From assembly GCA_965372835.1 (NCBI GenBank), contig CBDVDV010000005.1, positions 1 to 45,024 of the forward strand: a DNA stretch of 45,024 bases, in the 5' to 3' direction. The notes beneath the pieces were generated by a model, which saw only the letters and a program-made list of their open reading frames with translations, did not search any database and was not told the origin of the DNA. Shown here one piece after another: positions 26,757 through 36,127 of this stretch. The position numbers and the translations under genes are program-made. This DNA comes from an uncultured bacterium (GTDB lineage: Bacteria > Planctomycetota > DG-23 > CBDVDV01). The stretch's first letter is position 1, and each line of letters begins with the position of its first letter.

Positions 26757-28721
26757 ATGGACGACCTGCGAGGGACTGACAACCGAGGTGGGCTGACCCT
26801 CCGGAGCGTCGTGCTCGGGTTCCTGTTCGCTATCTTCATCGACTGGCTTATTCTCTTTGCCATCTTTCGTGTCGGCTCCATCCACCTGGTCTACGGGCAC
26901 ATGCCGGTGGCGCTGCTGCTGCCGTTCGTGCTGCTGGTGGCGGTGGTCAATCCGCTGGTGGGCTGGCTCAGCCCGGGCCTTCGTCTTCGCAAGGTGGAGT
27001 TAGCGGTCATCTTCGCCATGGGGTTGGTGGCGGTGGTGGTGCCGGAGTTTCGGCTGACGGGTTTCTTCCTCGGCCTCATCGCTTCGCCCTACTACTTCGC
27101 GACTACGGAGAACGGCTGGTCTGAGTTCCTGCAGCCCTACATGCCTGAGTGGTTGGTCCCTCCCGACACAGCCGGCGCCATGCGCTACTTTTACGAGGGA
27201 CTTCCCGCGGGTGAGCAGATCCCCTGGTCGGTATGGGTGGTGCCGGTGCTGTGGTGGGGGAGTTTCTTCCTGGCGCTGTTCTTCGTCTGTCTGGCGCTGG
27301 TGGTCATCCTGCGCAAGCAGTGGGAGGATAAGGAGCGGCTGGTCTTTCCGCTGGCTGAACTGCCATTGACCATGATGGAGCCGGGGAAGGGGATGCTGCC
27401 CGCGTTCATGCGCAGCCGGGCCTTTTGGGTGGGTGCTGCGCTCCCCCTGTTTGTTATCGTCTGGAATATCGTGGGCTACTTCCAGCCCGTGTGGCCAGAG
27501 ATTCCGCTTGTTGGCCAACATATCAAGTGGCTCAGTTTCGGGAGAGGCTTCCCGGGCATCCGCATCAAGTTCAACGTCATTGTCTTGGGGTTTGCCTTCC
27601 TGGCCAACCTGGATGTGCTCTTCAGCATCTGGTTCTTTTACCTCCTGGGGGTCATGGAGGTGGGGCTCCTGAACCGGGTGGGGCTGGACCTGGGGAGTTC
27701 CGAGCCCTGGAGCACGGGCTTCGCCACCATCGGCTGGCAAAGTTTCGGGGGTTTTTTCTTCATCACCGTGTGGGGGCTGTGGATCGCCCGTCGGCATATC
27801 GTCCAGGTGGTGCGTTCGGCCTTTCGCCCGGGACCGGGGGCGCTGGACGATTCGGATGAACTGCTGAGTTATCGGACGGCGGTGGTGGGTCTGCTGCTGG
27901 CCCTTGCCTATGTGGTCATGTGGCTTCACCAGATGGGGATGGGGCTGCTCCCCATCACCGTCTTCTTGATCGTTCTTCTCATCCTCTACGTCGGCGGCGG
28001 CAAAATCATCGCCCAGAGCGGACTGGTCTACGTGCGGGGGACCATGACCGCCCAGAACTTCACCATGCGTTCCCTGGGGACGCTTCGGCTGGGCCCCCAG
28101 AACCTGGTCCCCCTGGCCATGACCTTTGCGTTCATCTTCGACGGCAACCCTTACTTCTTCCCTTCCCTGAGTCACGACGCCCGCATTGCCGGCCGACTGC
28201 CCGGGCTCAACAAGCGCGCCTTCGCCGGGGTGCTGGTGGCCACCTTCCTGGTCGCCTTTCTCTTTTCGGTGGCCTACACCCTTTACCTGGGCTACACCTA
28301 CGGCGCCTACAACTCCCAGGCCTGGACCCTGAAGGGATCCCACTCCTTTATCTATAATGCCATCATTGCCAAGATGCGGAACCCCGAGCCCCCCGACCTG
28401 GGTCGCCTGACCTTCTTCGGCATCGGGAACCTGGTTGCTGCCTTCGTGACCTTTATGCGCTACCGCTTCGCCTGGTGGCCCATCCATCCGGTGGGCTTCG
28501 CGGTGTGCATGGCGCTGCCGGTCAAGATGGGGGCCTTCAGCGTGTTTCTGGCTTGGCTGGTCAAACTTATCGTGCTCAAGATGGGAGGGATTCGGCTCTA
28601 TCGGAGGACGATTCCGTTGTTCATCGGCCTGATCGTGGGCTATGTTGTCGGTGTGGGGTTAAGCCTGGTGGTGGACAGTATCTGGTCCATGGGCGAGGGC
28701 CACGAGGTGCACTGGTGGTAG
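26757..28721 (+). CDS. Polytopic membrane protein, putative transporter (DUF6785/DUF6784-like)
   Basis: Many hydrophobic segments; GLT.RSVVLG, LRKQW..ERL.FPL..LP, RFAWWPIHPVGF, YRR..PLFIGLI.G motifs recalled for this family. Confidence 0.7.
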   Translation: MDDLRGTDNRGGLTLRSVVLGFLFAIFIDWLILFAIFRVGSIHLVYGHMPVALLLPFVLLVAVVNPLVGWLSPGLRLRKVELAVIFAMGLVAVVVPEFRLTGFFLGLIASPYYFATTENGWSEFLQPYMPEWLVPPDTAGAMRYFYEGLPAGEQIPWSVWVVPVLWWGSFFLALFFVCLALVVILRKQWEDKERLVFPLAELPLTMMEPGKGMLPAFMRSRAFWVGAALPLFVIVWNIVGYFQPVWPEIPLVGQHIKWLSFGRGFPGIRIKFNVIVLGFAFLANLDVLFSIWFFYLLGVMEVGLLNRVGLDLGSSEPWSTGFATIGWQSFGGFFFITVWGLWIARRHIVQVVRSAFRPGPGALDDSDELLSYRTAVVGLLLALAYVVMWLHQMGMGLLPITVFLIVLLILYVGGGKIIAQSGLVYVRGTMTAQNFTMRSLGTLRLGPQNLVPLAMTFAFIFDGNPYFFPSLSHDARIAGRLPGLNKRAFAGVLVATFLVAFLFSVAYTLYLGYTYGAYNSQAWTLKGSHSFIYNAIIAKMRNPEPPDLGRLTFFGIGNLVAAFVTFMRYRFAWWPIHPVGFAVCMALPVKMGAFSVFLAWLVKLIVLKMGGIRLYRRTIPLFIGLIVGYVVGVGLSLVVDSIWSMGEGHEVHWW

Positions 28722-28858
28722 CGCGGCGGGGGCGAGTGAGCGTACGTCCGTCCGCTGGTGTGACAATGCTCTACGGTAAGATCAGGCTCGACCACCCTGT
28801 CCAAGCAGGAAAGAGCCTCACCTGCGCAGCCGGCGCTGGCCACAGGCCGCAGTGGTGC

Positions 28859-29353
28859 TCACGATGTGTCCGCCTGTGGCGTGCATGAGCCGAGAAACTC
28901 AACGATAGCGCGGATGGCTGTGAGCACGCAGGCTGAGGGAGGAAGGTCGGAGCCGACTCGTTCCGGTTCGATGGCCACGACGAGGCAGGGCGCACCCACC
29001 TGCTCCTGAAGCATTTGCAGGAACAGGGCAGGGGTGAGGCCGTGGGTGCCCAGGTCGGTGTGGGTGAGTTGCTCAGGTGCGAGGAGCTGGACCGTTCCGG
29101 GTGGTGCGCCGACGTGCGCGGCGTCCGCCAGGAGCACCAGGCCAGGCTGATGCCGGGCGACCACGCCCAGGAAGTTCTCCGGCGTGGTGCCGCAATCAAT
29201 GCCCACCAACTCAGCTGCCGTCGGCAGACGGTCAATGAGCAGTGGCCCCGCTGCATCGTCGCCGTGCCCTCGGCGGCCCACGCCGAGCACAACCACCGGG
29301 GGCCGCCAGAGTCGCGTGAGTTCCTTCTGCCAGTCTGGAGTTGACGCCGACAC
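28859..29353 (-). CDS. Hydrogenase maturation endopeptidase (HycI-like)
   Basis: VVLGVG..GDDAAG, DCGTTPENF, LADAA, THGL, IEP; last gene of the hydrogenase operon; start GTG 29353. Confidence 0.85.
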   Translation of the reverse strand: MSASTPDWQKELTRLWRPPVVVLGVGRRGHGDDAAGPLLIDRLPTAAELVGIDCGTTPENFLGVVARHQPGLVLLADAAHVGAPPGTVQLLAPEQLTHTDLGTHGLTPALFLQMLQEQVGAPCLVVAIEPERVGSDLPPSACVLTAIRAIVEFLGSCTPQADTS

Positions 29354-29408
29354 CGTTCGCTCCGGAGGAGGGAAGTAGAACAAGGTTCCCGGCGCGGAGA
29401 CGGGGACT

Positions 29409-30023
29409 CTATCCCCAGAGGTCTTCGACCAGGATCTCCCGTCGGCACTTGGGGCAAAGGAGGCGCATGAGGTCGGCCCGGTCCGGGGCAGCGCCCTTGG
29501 GACGGGGCGACTCCTTGACCGCAGGGGCGAAGTCCTCTCCGGCGATAAGGATGAGGGTGGGGTTGGCGTAGGCCTTAGCCCCCAGTTTGCGGGCGATCCA
29601 GCGCAGGTGCTCCTTCGCGCCCACCACCACACCACAGACCTCGCAGAGCACCAGTTCCTTTTCCACCGATTCCCGCACCTCGGTGCGGTCGAAGGTGGCC
29701 AGGTCGTAGTCGTGGGTCTGGGTGACGCCCTTTTCGGTGGTGCAGTAGAGCTCGCACTGCCCGCAGAAGATGCACTCGTCGTGGTGGATGGTCAGTCGGC
29801 GGACGGGTGGTGTACTGGTGACGTCGTCCACCTTGTGAATGGCGTTGGCCGGACAGACCTCGAAGCAGGCGCTGCAGCCGATGCAGTCCTCCTCGTGGAA
29901 CCGGGGTGCGCCGCGGAAGGCTTCCGGTAAGGGCGCGGGCTCGGCCGGGAAGGGGAGGGTGTAGGGGCCGCGGAAGAAGGCTCGTACCGCTTCGGCCAGT
30001 TCCCGCAACTTGGGCTTGCGCAT
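29409..30023 (-). CDS. Hydrogenase 2x[4Fe-4S] subunit (NuoI/MbhN/HycF-like)
   Basis: PYT.PFP, FRGAP, CIGCSACFEVCP, CIFCGQCELYC; extra CEVC and CPKC. Confidence 0.88.
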   Translation of the reverse strand: MRKPKLRELAEAVRAFFRGPYTLPFPAEPAPLPEAFRGAPRFHEEDCIGCSACFEVCPANAIHKVDDVTSTPPVRRLTIHHDECIFCGQCELYCTTEKGVTQTHDYDLATFDRTEVRESVEKELVLCEVCGVVVGAKEHLRWIARKLGAKAYANPTLILIAGEDFAPAVKESPRPKGAAPDRADLMRLLCPKCRREILVEDLWG

Positions 30024-30048
30024 GGTCACGTCCTCACGTCAGCACACT

Positions 30049-30402
30049 TTACTGGTCGGCTCGTTTGCGAGCCCGGCGTTCACGGAACTCCTTGAAGGCG
30101 TCGCACACACTGCCTTTCCAGAGGGACACGCCCGAGATGTGAGCACCACGGGCCAGAGCGTGCGCACCCACCGGCGAGGTCAAGAGCACGAAGACCATGC
30201 AGATGAGAGCCTTGATTCCCAGAGAGTTGACCCCGCTGTGCAGGAAGACCCCGAAGAGGATCATACAGGTGCCCAGGGTGACACACTTGGTCGCTGCCTG
30301 CACCCGGTTATAGATGTCGGGCAGGCGGACCAGGCCGATGGTGCCCAACAGGTCGAACGCCAGACCCACGCCGATAAACACCCAAGCCACCGATTCAATC
30401 AT
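30049..30402 (-). CDS. Mrp antiporter subunit G (MnhG/MbhC)
   Basis: GTIGLVRLPDIYNRVQAATKCVTLG, LTSPVGAHALARGA. Confidence 0.92.
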   Translation of the reverse strand: MIESVAWVFIGVGLAFDLLGTIGLVRLPDIYNRVQAATKCVTLGTCMILFGVFLHSGVNSLGIKALICMVFVLLTSPVGAHALARGAHISGVSLWKGSVCDAFKEFRERRARKRADQ

Positions 30403-30661
30403 CGAAGGAGCGTCCCTCCAGGTACTTGGCCAGGGCGATGGTGCCGATGAAACTCACCAGGGCCCAGGCGATGGCGATGTTCATGTAGAAGTCACGTTCA
30501 TACCAGAGTGCGAAGACGCAGCAGAACCCCACCATGAGGGTACCGAGGATGTCGATGGCCACGGTCCGGTCGGGAGCCGTCGGCCCCATGCCGATGCGGT
30601 AGAGACAGAGAAAACTGCTCAAGAGCAGCACCGCCATGGCCGCCAGGAGAGGACCACTCAC
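30395..30661 (-). CDS. Mrp antiporter subunit F (MnhF/MbhB)
   Basis: YRI..GPTAPDR.VAID, ALVSFIGTIALAKYL. Confidence 0.92.
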   Translation of the reverse strand: MSGPLLAAMAVLLLSSFLCLYRIGMGPTAPDRTVAIDILGTLMVGFCCVFALWYERDFYMNIAIAWALVSFIGTIALAKYLEGRSFDD

Positions 30662-31152
30662 TCGAAGATCTCCTTCAGCATGGGCTCGAAGCGCTCGACG
30701 ATGATCCGGGTCTGCTCCTGGGGGTCGTCGGTGGTGATGTAGATCCAGTGGATGTAGAGGTCCTGACCGTCGAACTCCACGGTGAGGGTTCCCGGGGTCA
30801 GGGTGATGGAGTTGGCCAGGAAGGTCTTGGCCAGGTCGCTCTGGAGGGTGGTGCGGACCTTGACGATGCCCGGGCGGATGGGCACGTCCGGGTGGAGGAC
30901 CCGGTAGGCCACGTCCAGGTTGGCCCTCAGACAGTAGTAGAAGAAGTAGGGGATGTAGAGCGCCAGCCAGAACCAGCGTCGGGGGTCCAGTAGGCGCAGG
31001 GGACGCTGGGGATAGATGTCGCTCAGGAACAGGGCGATGAGCACGGCGAAGAGCACGCCGGCGAATACGTCCTGCACGCCCCCGGCGTGGAACGGCCAGC
31101 TCAGAAGCAGCCAGGTCAGAAGCACCAATACCACGCAGGTCAACGGCTTCAT
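30658..31152 (-). CDS. Mrp antiporter subunit E (MnhE/MbhA)
   Basis: ANLDVAYRVLHP..PIRPGIV, LANSITLTPGTLTV, LYIHW; start ATG 31152. Confidence 0.93.
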   Translation of the reverse strand: MKPLTCVVLVLLTWLLLSWPFHAGGVQDVFAGVLFAVLIALFLSDIYPQRPLRLLDPRRWFWLALYIPYFFYYCLRANLDVAYRVLHPDVPIRPGIVKVRTTLQSDLAKTFLANSITLTPGTLTVEFDGQDLYIHWIYITTDDPQEQTRIIVERFEPMLKEIFE

Positions 31153-32690
31153 TGTATCGCCTGCCTCAGTACGGTCTCGGCGTAATCCAGCCCACCGAGC
31201 ATCACGTCGCGGGCCGGGTCCAGCAGCCAGGCTCGGAAGTCCCCGAGCCCGGCGGCCAGCCCTACGGTAGCGCATACGACTGCCAGGGCGACCATGGCCG
31301 CACACATCAAGACCGGAACTTCCTTCACCTCCCGCAGCCGGCGGGGCACCTCACCTTGAAGCGCCTCCCTCTGAACTCGCGCAAAGTACGCCAAGGTGAG
31401 AAAACTCACCAGCACCGTAACCGCCGCCAGCAGGGGAAAACCGGCTTTGATGAGAGCCACCACGATGATAAGTTTGCTCCAGAACCCGTTGAAGGGAGGC
31501 ACCCCGGAGATGCTCAGGGCGGCCACCCGGCAGGAGCCACTGGTCCAGGGCATGCGCTCGACCAGCCCCCCCATCTCCTTCAGTTGGCGGGTACCGGTCG
31601 CGTATTCGATGGCCCCGGAGCAGAGGAAGAGCAGGGACTTGAAGGCGGCGTGGTTAAACAGGTGGAACAGGCCGCCGAAAATGGCCAGCCCCGCAACCTT
31701 GAGGTCGGGCTCCGGCCGCGAGAGCACTGCCGCCCCCACGCCAAAGGCCAGTACCACATACCCCATCTGACTGATGCTGCTCCAAGCCAGCAGCCGTTTC
31801 AGGTCGGGCTGGTTCATGGCTATCAGAGCGCCGACGAGCATACTGATGGTACCCAGAGCCATCAGCATCGCGCCAATGGGAGCGGTCACCCCGATGACGT
31901 TGAAGAAGACCCGGCAGAACCCGTAGACCCCCACGGCCTTGATAAGCACCCCCGAGAGCATGGCCGAGATGGGGGCCGGGGCCGCCGGGTGCGCATCAGG
32001 CAGCCAGGCGTGGAAGGGCACCATGGCCGCCTTCAGACCGAACCCGAAGGTGAAAAACCCTACGGCCAGATAGACCAGTGGGTTCTTGCCCTGCTCCTGA
32101 ATGAACCGGGCCACCTGAGCCATGTTGAGCGTGCCGGTGAGGTTGTAGAGCATGCCCACGGCGAAGAGCAGGAAGGTGGAGGCCAGGGCGCTCAGCACCA
32201 GGTATTTGAAGGAGGCTTCCAGTTCCTCGCTCTCACAGCCGAAGGCCACCAGGGCGTAACTTGAGAGCGCCGCCACCTCCAGGAAGACGTACAGGTTGAA
32301 CAGGTCGCCGGCCAGCACCACCCCGTTCATCCCCGCGACCATGAGCATGAACAGGCTGTAGTAGAGGCTGATGGAGGTGAATCGGCTCATGTAGCGGACC
32401 GAAAACACCGTGGCCAGGAAGGAGACCAGGCCGATGGTGAGCAGGAAAAACTGGCTGAGGCCGTCGGCTACCAGGTTGATACCCAGCACGCTCTGGGGGC
32501 TCCAGCCACCAACCCAGTACACAGCCTCCTTCTGCCCCATCAGCGCCAGCGCCATCACCAGGAGCGCCAGCGTCCCCAGCACCGCCAGGGGGTGGGCCCA
32601 CCTCTCCCGGTTCTTCAGTTTCGCCAGGATGGGCAAGGCGAACCCCAGGGCCAAAGGCAAGGCCACGAATACCGGCAACACTGCGCTCAT
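31149..32690 (-). CDS. Mrp antiporter subunit D (MnhD/MbhH; NuoN-like ion-pumping subunit)
   Basis: GDLFNLYVFLEV, EASFKY, KAAMVPFHAWLPDAH, KRLLAWSSISQMG, NHAAFKSLLF, GVPPFNGFWSK. Confidence 0.9.
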   Translation of the reverse strand: MSAVLPVFVALPLALGFALPILAKLKNRERWAHPLAVLGTLALLVMALALMGQKEAVYWVGGWSPQSVLGINLVADGLSQFFLLTIGLVSFLATVFSVRYMSRFTSISLYYSLFMLMVAGMNGVVLAGDLFNLYVFLEVAALSSYALVAFGCESEELEASFKYLVLSALASTFLLFAVGMLYNLTGTLNMAQVARFIQEQGKNPLVYLAVGFFTFGFGLKAAMVPFHAWLPDAHPAAPAPISAMLSGVLIKAVGVYGFCRVFFNVIGVTAPIGAMLMALGTISMLVGALIAMNQPDLKRLLAWSSISQMGYVVLAFGVGAAVLSRPEPDLKVAGLAIFGGLFHLFNHAAFKSLLFLCSGAIEYATGTRQLKEMGGLVERMPWTSGSCRVAALSISGVPPFNGFWSKLIIVVALIKAGFPLLAAVTVLVSFLTLAYFARVQREALQGEVPRRLREVKEVPVLMCAAMVALAVVCATVGLAAGLGDFRAWLLDPARDVMLGGLDYAETVLRQAIQ

Positions 32691-32723
32691 ACCTGCCCGT
32701 CCCTACCGGATGCGGACACGTTG

Positions 32724-33089
32724 CTATCCTCTCAGTTTCCGAATCTTAGTGATGTCGAAGGTTCCGTACTTGTCGTAGAGCCTGACGGCCAGAGAGACCA
32801 TCACGGCCACCACCCCCAGCCCGATGACGATGCTGGTGAGAACGAGGGCCTGGGGCAGAGGGTCAACGCTCTGGCTGAGGTACTCCTGCGGGTCGACGCC
32901 CGCAGGATAGATGGGGGCCTTACCCAGGTCCCGGTAGCCCAGCAGGAGCAGGAACAGGTTCACCGCGTACTCCACCACCAGCAGCCCCACGATGATCTTG
33001 ATGACGTTCTTTTTTGCCACGATGGCATACGTACCCACCACCAGGAGCAGGATCGCCCCGATATACGGAAGCATCTCCTTGGGCAACAT
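32724..33089 (-). CDS. Mrp antiporter subunit C (MnhC/MbhG; NuoK-like)
   Basis: KNVIKIIVGL, AVNLFLL, DPLPQALVLTSIVIG, YGT.DI..IRKLRG. Confidence 0.93.
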   Translation of the reverse strand: MLPKEMLPYIGAILLLVVGTYAIVAKKNVIKIIVGLLVVEYAVNLFLLLLGYRDLGKAPIYPAGVDPQEYLSQSVDPLPQALVLTSIVIGLGVVAVMVSLAVRLYDKYGTFDITKIRKLRG

Positions 33090-33091
33090 GC

Positions 33092-33616
33092 CTATCTCCT
33101 CTCCCGGTCACCGGCCTCGGGCTTTTCGGGTTCAGATGCGTCCCGGTCGCCGAGTTTGAAGGCGGCGAGCGCTACGAACACCACGAACAGACACGCCGAC
33201 ACCTTGATGCCAATGGCGATGTTGGACAGCGGAATGGTCCCGCCGCTGAACAGTTGGAAAGGCTTGCCGGTACCGAGGAAGTTCTGGAAAAACCGACCGG
33301 CCAGGTACCCCAGCACGGCGATGCACAGGAACCCCAAGGCCCCCGCCGAGTCCCACATCCCTGCCCCCCGGTCGCTGATGAACTGGACGACGAACCGCCG
33401 ACCGAACGCTAACACCATCAGGATGAGTCCGCAGCCCAACACCACGCCGCCGGCAAAACCGCCCCCAGGGCTCAGGTGACCGTAAAGCACCACGTAGAGC
33501 CCGTAGATCAGGATAAAGCCGGCCAGCAGCCTGGTGATGGTCTTGACCACCAGGGTCATGCCGTGAGCCGGGTCGTCAACCAGGCGTTCTCGGCGGTCCT
33601 CGGCGGGTTCACTCAC
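33092..33616 (-). CDS. Mrp antiporter subunit B (MnhB/MbhF)
   Basis: YGHLSPGGGFAGG, SGG.IP..NIAIGIKV; start GTG 33616 after RBS GGGAGG. Confidence 0.9.
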   Translation of the reverse strand: MSEPAEDRRERLVDDPAHGMTLVVKTITRLLAGFILIYGLYVVLYGHLSPGGGFAGGVVLGCGLILMVLAFGRRFVVQFISDRGAGMWDSAGALGFLCIAVLGYLAGRFFQNFLGTGKPFQLFSGGTIPLSNIAIGIKVSACLFVVFVALAAFKLGDRDASEPEKPEAGDRERR

Positions 33617-34145
33617 GCCGTTTCCTCCCCACTTTCCGCAAGATGACCAGGGCCCCGATAATCGAGGCGAAGATGACCGTCGCCTCGCCCAGGGTGTCGT
33701 AGGCCCGGAAGTCCAGCAGGACGGCCATGACCGCATTGACCGCGCCAGTACCGTCGATGCTCTGTTCCAGGTAGGGTCGGGACATGGTCATCAGGGGCTG
33801 GCCGAAAGGGTGCATGTAGTGGAAGGCGTAGAAGCAGCAGACCAGAAGCACCCCCAGAAGCAGCAGCACGGACCCCACGGCGAAGGTGTCCTTGTGGGTC
33901 TCGTGAGTTTCGTCCCGACGGGTTACCACCACCCGAAGCAGGAACACCAGGATCAGCACCTCCACCACCACCTGGGTCAGCGCCAGGTCGGGGGCTCCCA
34001 GCAGCAGGTCGATGACACTGAGGGCGAACCCCACCGCCCCCACGGCGATGACCGAGCTCAGCAGGTCGGAGGTCTCGATGGCGATGAGGCTGCCAATGAC
34101 CATGAAGGCCATGAGGACGTACAGGATGATAAGCACTTCCGGCAC
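33609..34145 (-). CDS. DUF4040-MbhE fusion (MbhD/E; MrpA C-terminal-like)
   Basis: LGAPDLALTQ (DUF4040) and NAV.AVLLDFRAYDTLGE (MbhE); start GTG 34145 after AGGAG. Confidence 0.88.
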   Translation of the reverse strand: MPEVLIILYVLMAFMVIGSLIAIETSDLLSSVIAVGAVGFALSVIDLLLGAPDLALTQVVVEVLILVFLLRVVVTRRDETHETHKDTFAVGSVLLLLGVLLVCCFYAFHYMHPFGQPLMTMSRPYLEQSIDGTGAVNAVMAVLLDFRAYDTLGEATVIFASIIGALVILRKVGRKRRE

Positions 34146-34155
34146 GGTACCGCTC

Positions 34156-36126
34156 CTATCCTGCGCCGTACGCGAGCAAGAGTCCCACCACCAGAACCAC
34201 TCCCACCACACACCAGCCGACGTAAACCGGAAGCACACCGCTGTGGAGTCGGCGCAGCAGTTCCACCACGCGCCGTCCATAGCGGCCGCCTAAATGGTAG
34301 ACGTCGTAAGCGCCGGAGTCCGCATCTCGATACATGGTCTCAATCACAGGCAGCTCGCGAATGCTGTCGTAGAACCCGGTGCCGCTCAGCCGCGAGCGGT
34401 CGTCGGTGACCAACTCACCACCGATGAAAGTGGGGACCTCCCGCACCTTGAACCCCCGGCCGATGAGGTAGAAACCCACGCCGATGATGATGCCCACAAG
34501 GATAAGCAGTGTGGCCAGTGTCGGACTCCAGAAACCTGTCGTCGCACCCGTCTCCCGCACCACGCTGCTGATGGGACCCCAGCCAGCAGCGAAGGTCTCG
34601 ACGTCGCCCGTCAGTTCCAGGACGGCCGGGGCGATGAGTTGACCCAGCGGCCACTGAGCCCAGACCCCGAAGAGGACGCAGATGAGCGCCAGGACCGTCG
34701 TTGGCCCCCACATCCGCCAAGTGGGCTCTGCGACCTGCGCGGGCTTAAGGGCCGTGGGCCGTCGACCCAGGTACACCGAGTAGATGACCTTGACGAAAGA
34801 AGCCAGGGTCAGCGCGCTCCCAAACACCGCCGCCACCAAGAGCAACGGCATCAGGGGCGACCTGGTCTGAAGCACCCCCTGGTAGATCAGCCATTTGGAG
34901 ACGAAGCCGTTAAGCGGCGGCACCCCGGAAATGGCCAGGGCCGCCACCAGGGTGCTGACGAAAGTTACGGGCATCGTCTTGGCCAGCCCGCCCAACTGGT
35001 CCAGCTCCGTGGTTCCGGTCTGCCGCTCCACCGACCCGGCGGTAAGGAACAGGCAACTCTTGTAGATGGCGTTGTTGAGCATGTGGAAGAGCCCGCCGGC
35101 GATGCCCACGACGACCCCGGTCCCAATGCCCAGCACCATGTAGCCCACTTGGCTCACAGCGTGGAAGGAGAGCAGGCGCCTGAGGTCGTGCTGCACCATG
35201 GCCATCATCACCGCTCCCAGGATGGTCACCGCCCCGATGACCATCAGCAGCATCCTCAGGGCGTCGTCGATGACGAACATCCGAAGCGAGATGAGCGCCA
35301 GAAGATAGATGCCCAGCAACTTGTCCACCGACGCCGGCAGCAGCGCCATCACCGTCATCGGCGCCCCTTCGCTGGCGGCCGGTATCCAGGTGTGCAGAGG
35401 TATGGCTCCCGCCTTGGCCAGCGCCCCCACCAAGAACAGCAGGTAGACGATGTAACTGAGGGCAGTGCCCACCTCCACGCGAAGCAGGTCCATATTCCAG
35501 GTCCCGGCTCCGACAAGGGCCGGCCCCACGCCGTGGCGGGCGGGCAGAATCAGCAGGACGATGCCCAGCAGTATGGCACAGTCGGCAAAGCCCAACATGA
35601 TGAAACTTTTCATCGCTCCCCTGGGCGCTGGCTCCCGCCCCAGGTTGACCAGCAGGAAGAGCATCACCGTCACCACTTCCCAGGAAATGAGGAAGAAGAG
35701 GAGGTTGTTGGCCATGATGGCCCCCAGGGCCCCGGCGATGCTCCACAGCGTGAACGCGTAGTACTTGTCCTGGTGCGGGTGCTTGCCCATGTAGTCCAGC
35801 GAGAAGAGCACCACCAGGAACCCGAAGAGCGCCACGAAGACCGAGAGGAAGACGGTCAGCGCCGTCACCCGCAAGGCCAGGGAGATGTCCATGCCTCCTA
35901 TGTCGGCCCACCACACCCAAAGGAAGTGGTTGCTGGCGGCGCCGGTGCGGGCAGCCTCCGCCAGTCCGCTGGCCAACCGACAGGCCGAAAGAAGCGTCAC
36001 AAAAGCGGTCACCACCGCCACCACCCGGATGACCCCCGCCAGGCGACGACCCAGCAGGTAGCAGAGCGCCCCTCCCGCGGTCGGTACCGCCAGCACGGTC
36101 AGTAGTGCTGCCTGCCCTGTAGTCAC
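34156..36126 (-). CDS. Second antiporter-like ion-pumping subunit (NuoL/HyfB/MrpA-like) with C-terminal extension
   Basis: FLISWE, AKAGAIPLHTWIP, DKLLG, RLLSFHAVSQVGY, NNAIYKSCLF, GVPPLNGFVSKW, EP...M; C-terminal TM + PTFIGGE + final TM. Confidence 0.88.
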   Translation of the reverse strand: MTTGQAALLTVLAVPTAGGALCYLLGRRLAGVIRVVAVVTAFVTLLSACRLASGLAEAARTGAASNHFLWVWWADIGGMDISLALRVTALTVFLSVFVALFGFLVVLFSLDYMGKHPHQDKYYAFTLWSIAGALGAIMANNLLFFLISWEVVTVMLFLLVNLGREPAPRGAMKSFIMLGFADCAILLGIVLLILPARHGVGPALVGAGTWNMDLLRVEVGTALSYIVYLLFLVGALAKAGAIPLHTWIPAASEGAPMTVMALLPASVDKLLGIYLLALISLRMFVIDDALRMLLMVIGAVTILGAVMMAMVQHDLRRLLSFHAVSQVGYMVLGIGTGVVVGIAGGLFHMLNNAIYKSCLFLTAGSVERQTGTTELDQLGGLAKTMPVTFVSTLVAALAISGVPPLNGFVSKWLIYQGVLQTRSPLMPLLLVAAVFGSALTLASFVKVIYSVYLGRRPTALKPAQVAEPTWRMWGPTTVLALICVLFGVWAQWPLGQLIAPAVLELTGDVETFAAGWGPISSVVRETGATTGFWSPTLATLLILVGIIIGVGFYLIGRGFKVREVPTFIGGELVTDDRSRLSGTGFYDSIRELPVIETMYRDADSGAYDVYHLGGRYGRRVVELLRRLHSGVLPVYVGWCVVGVVLVVGLLLAYGAG

Positions 36127-36127
36127 C

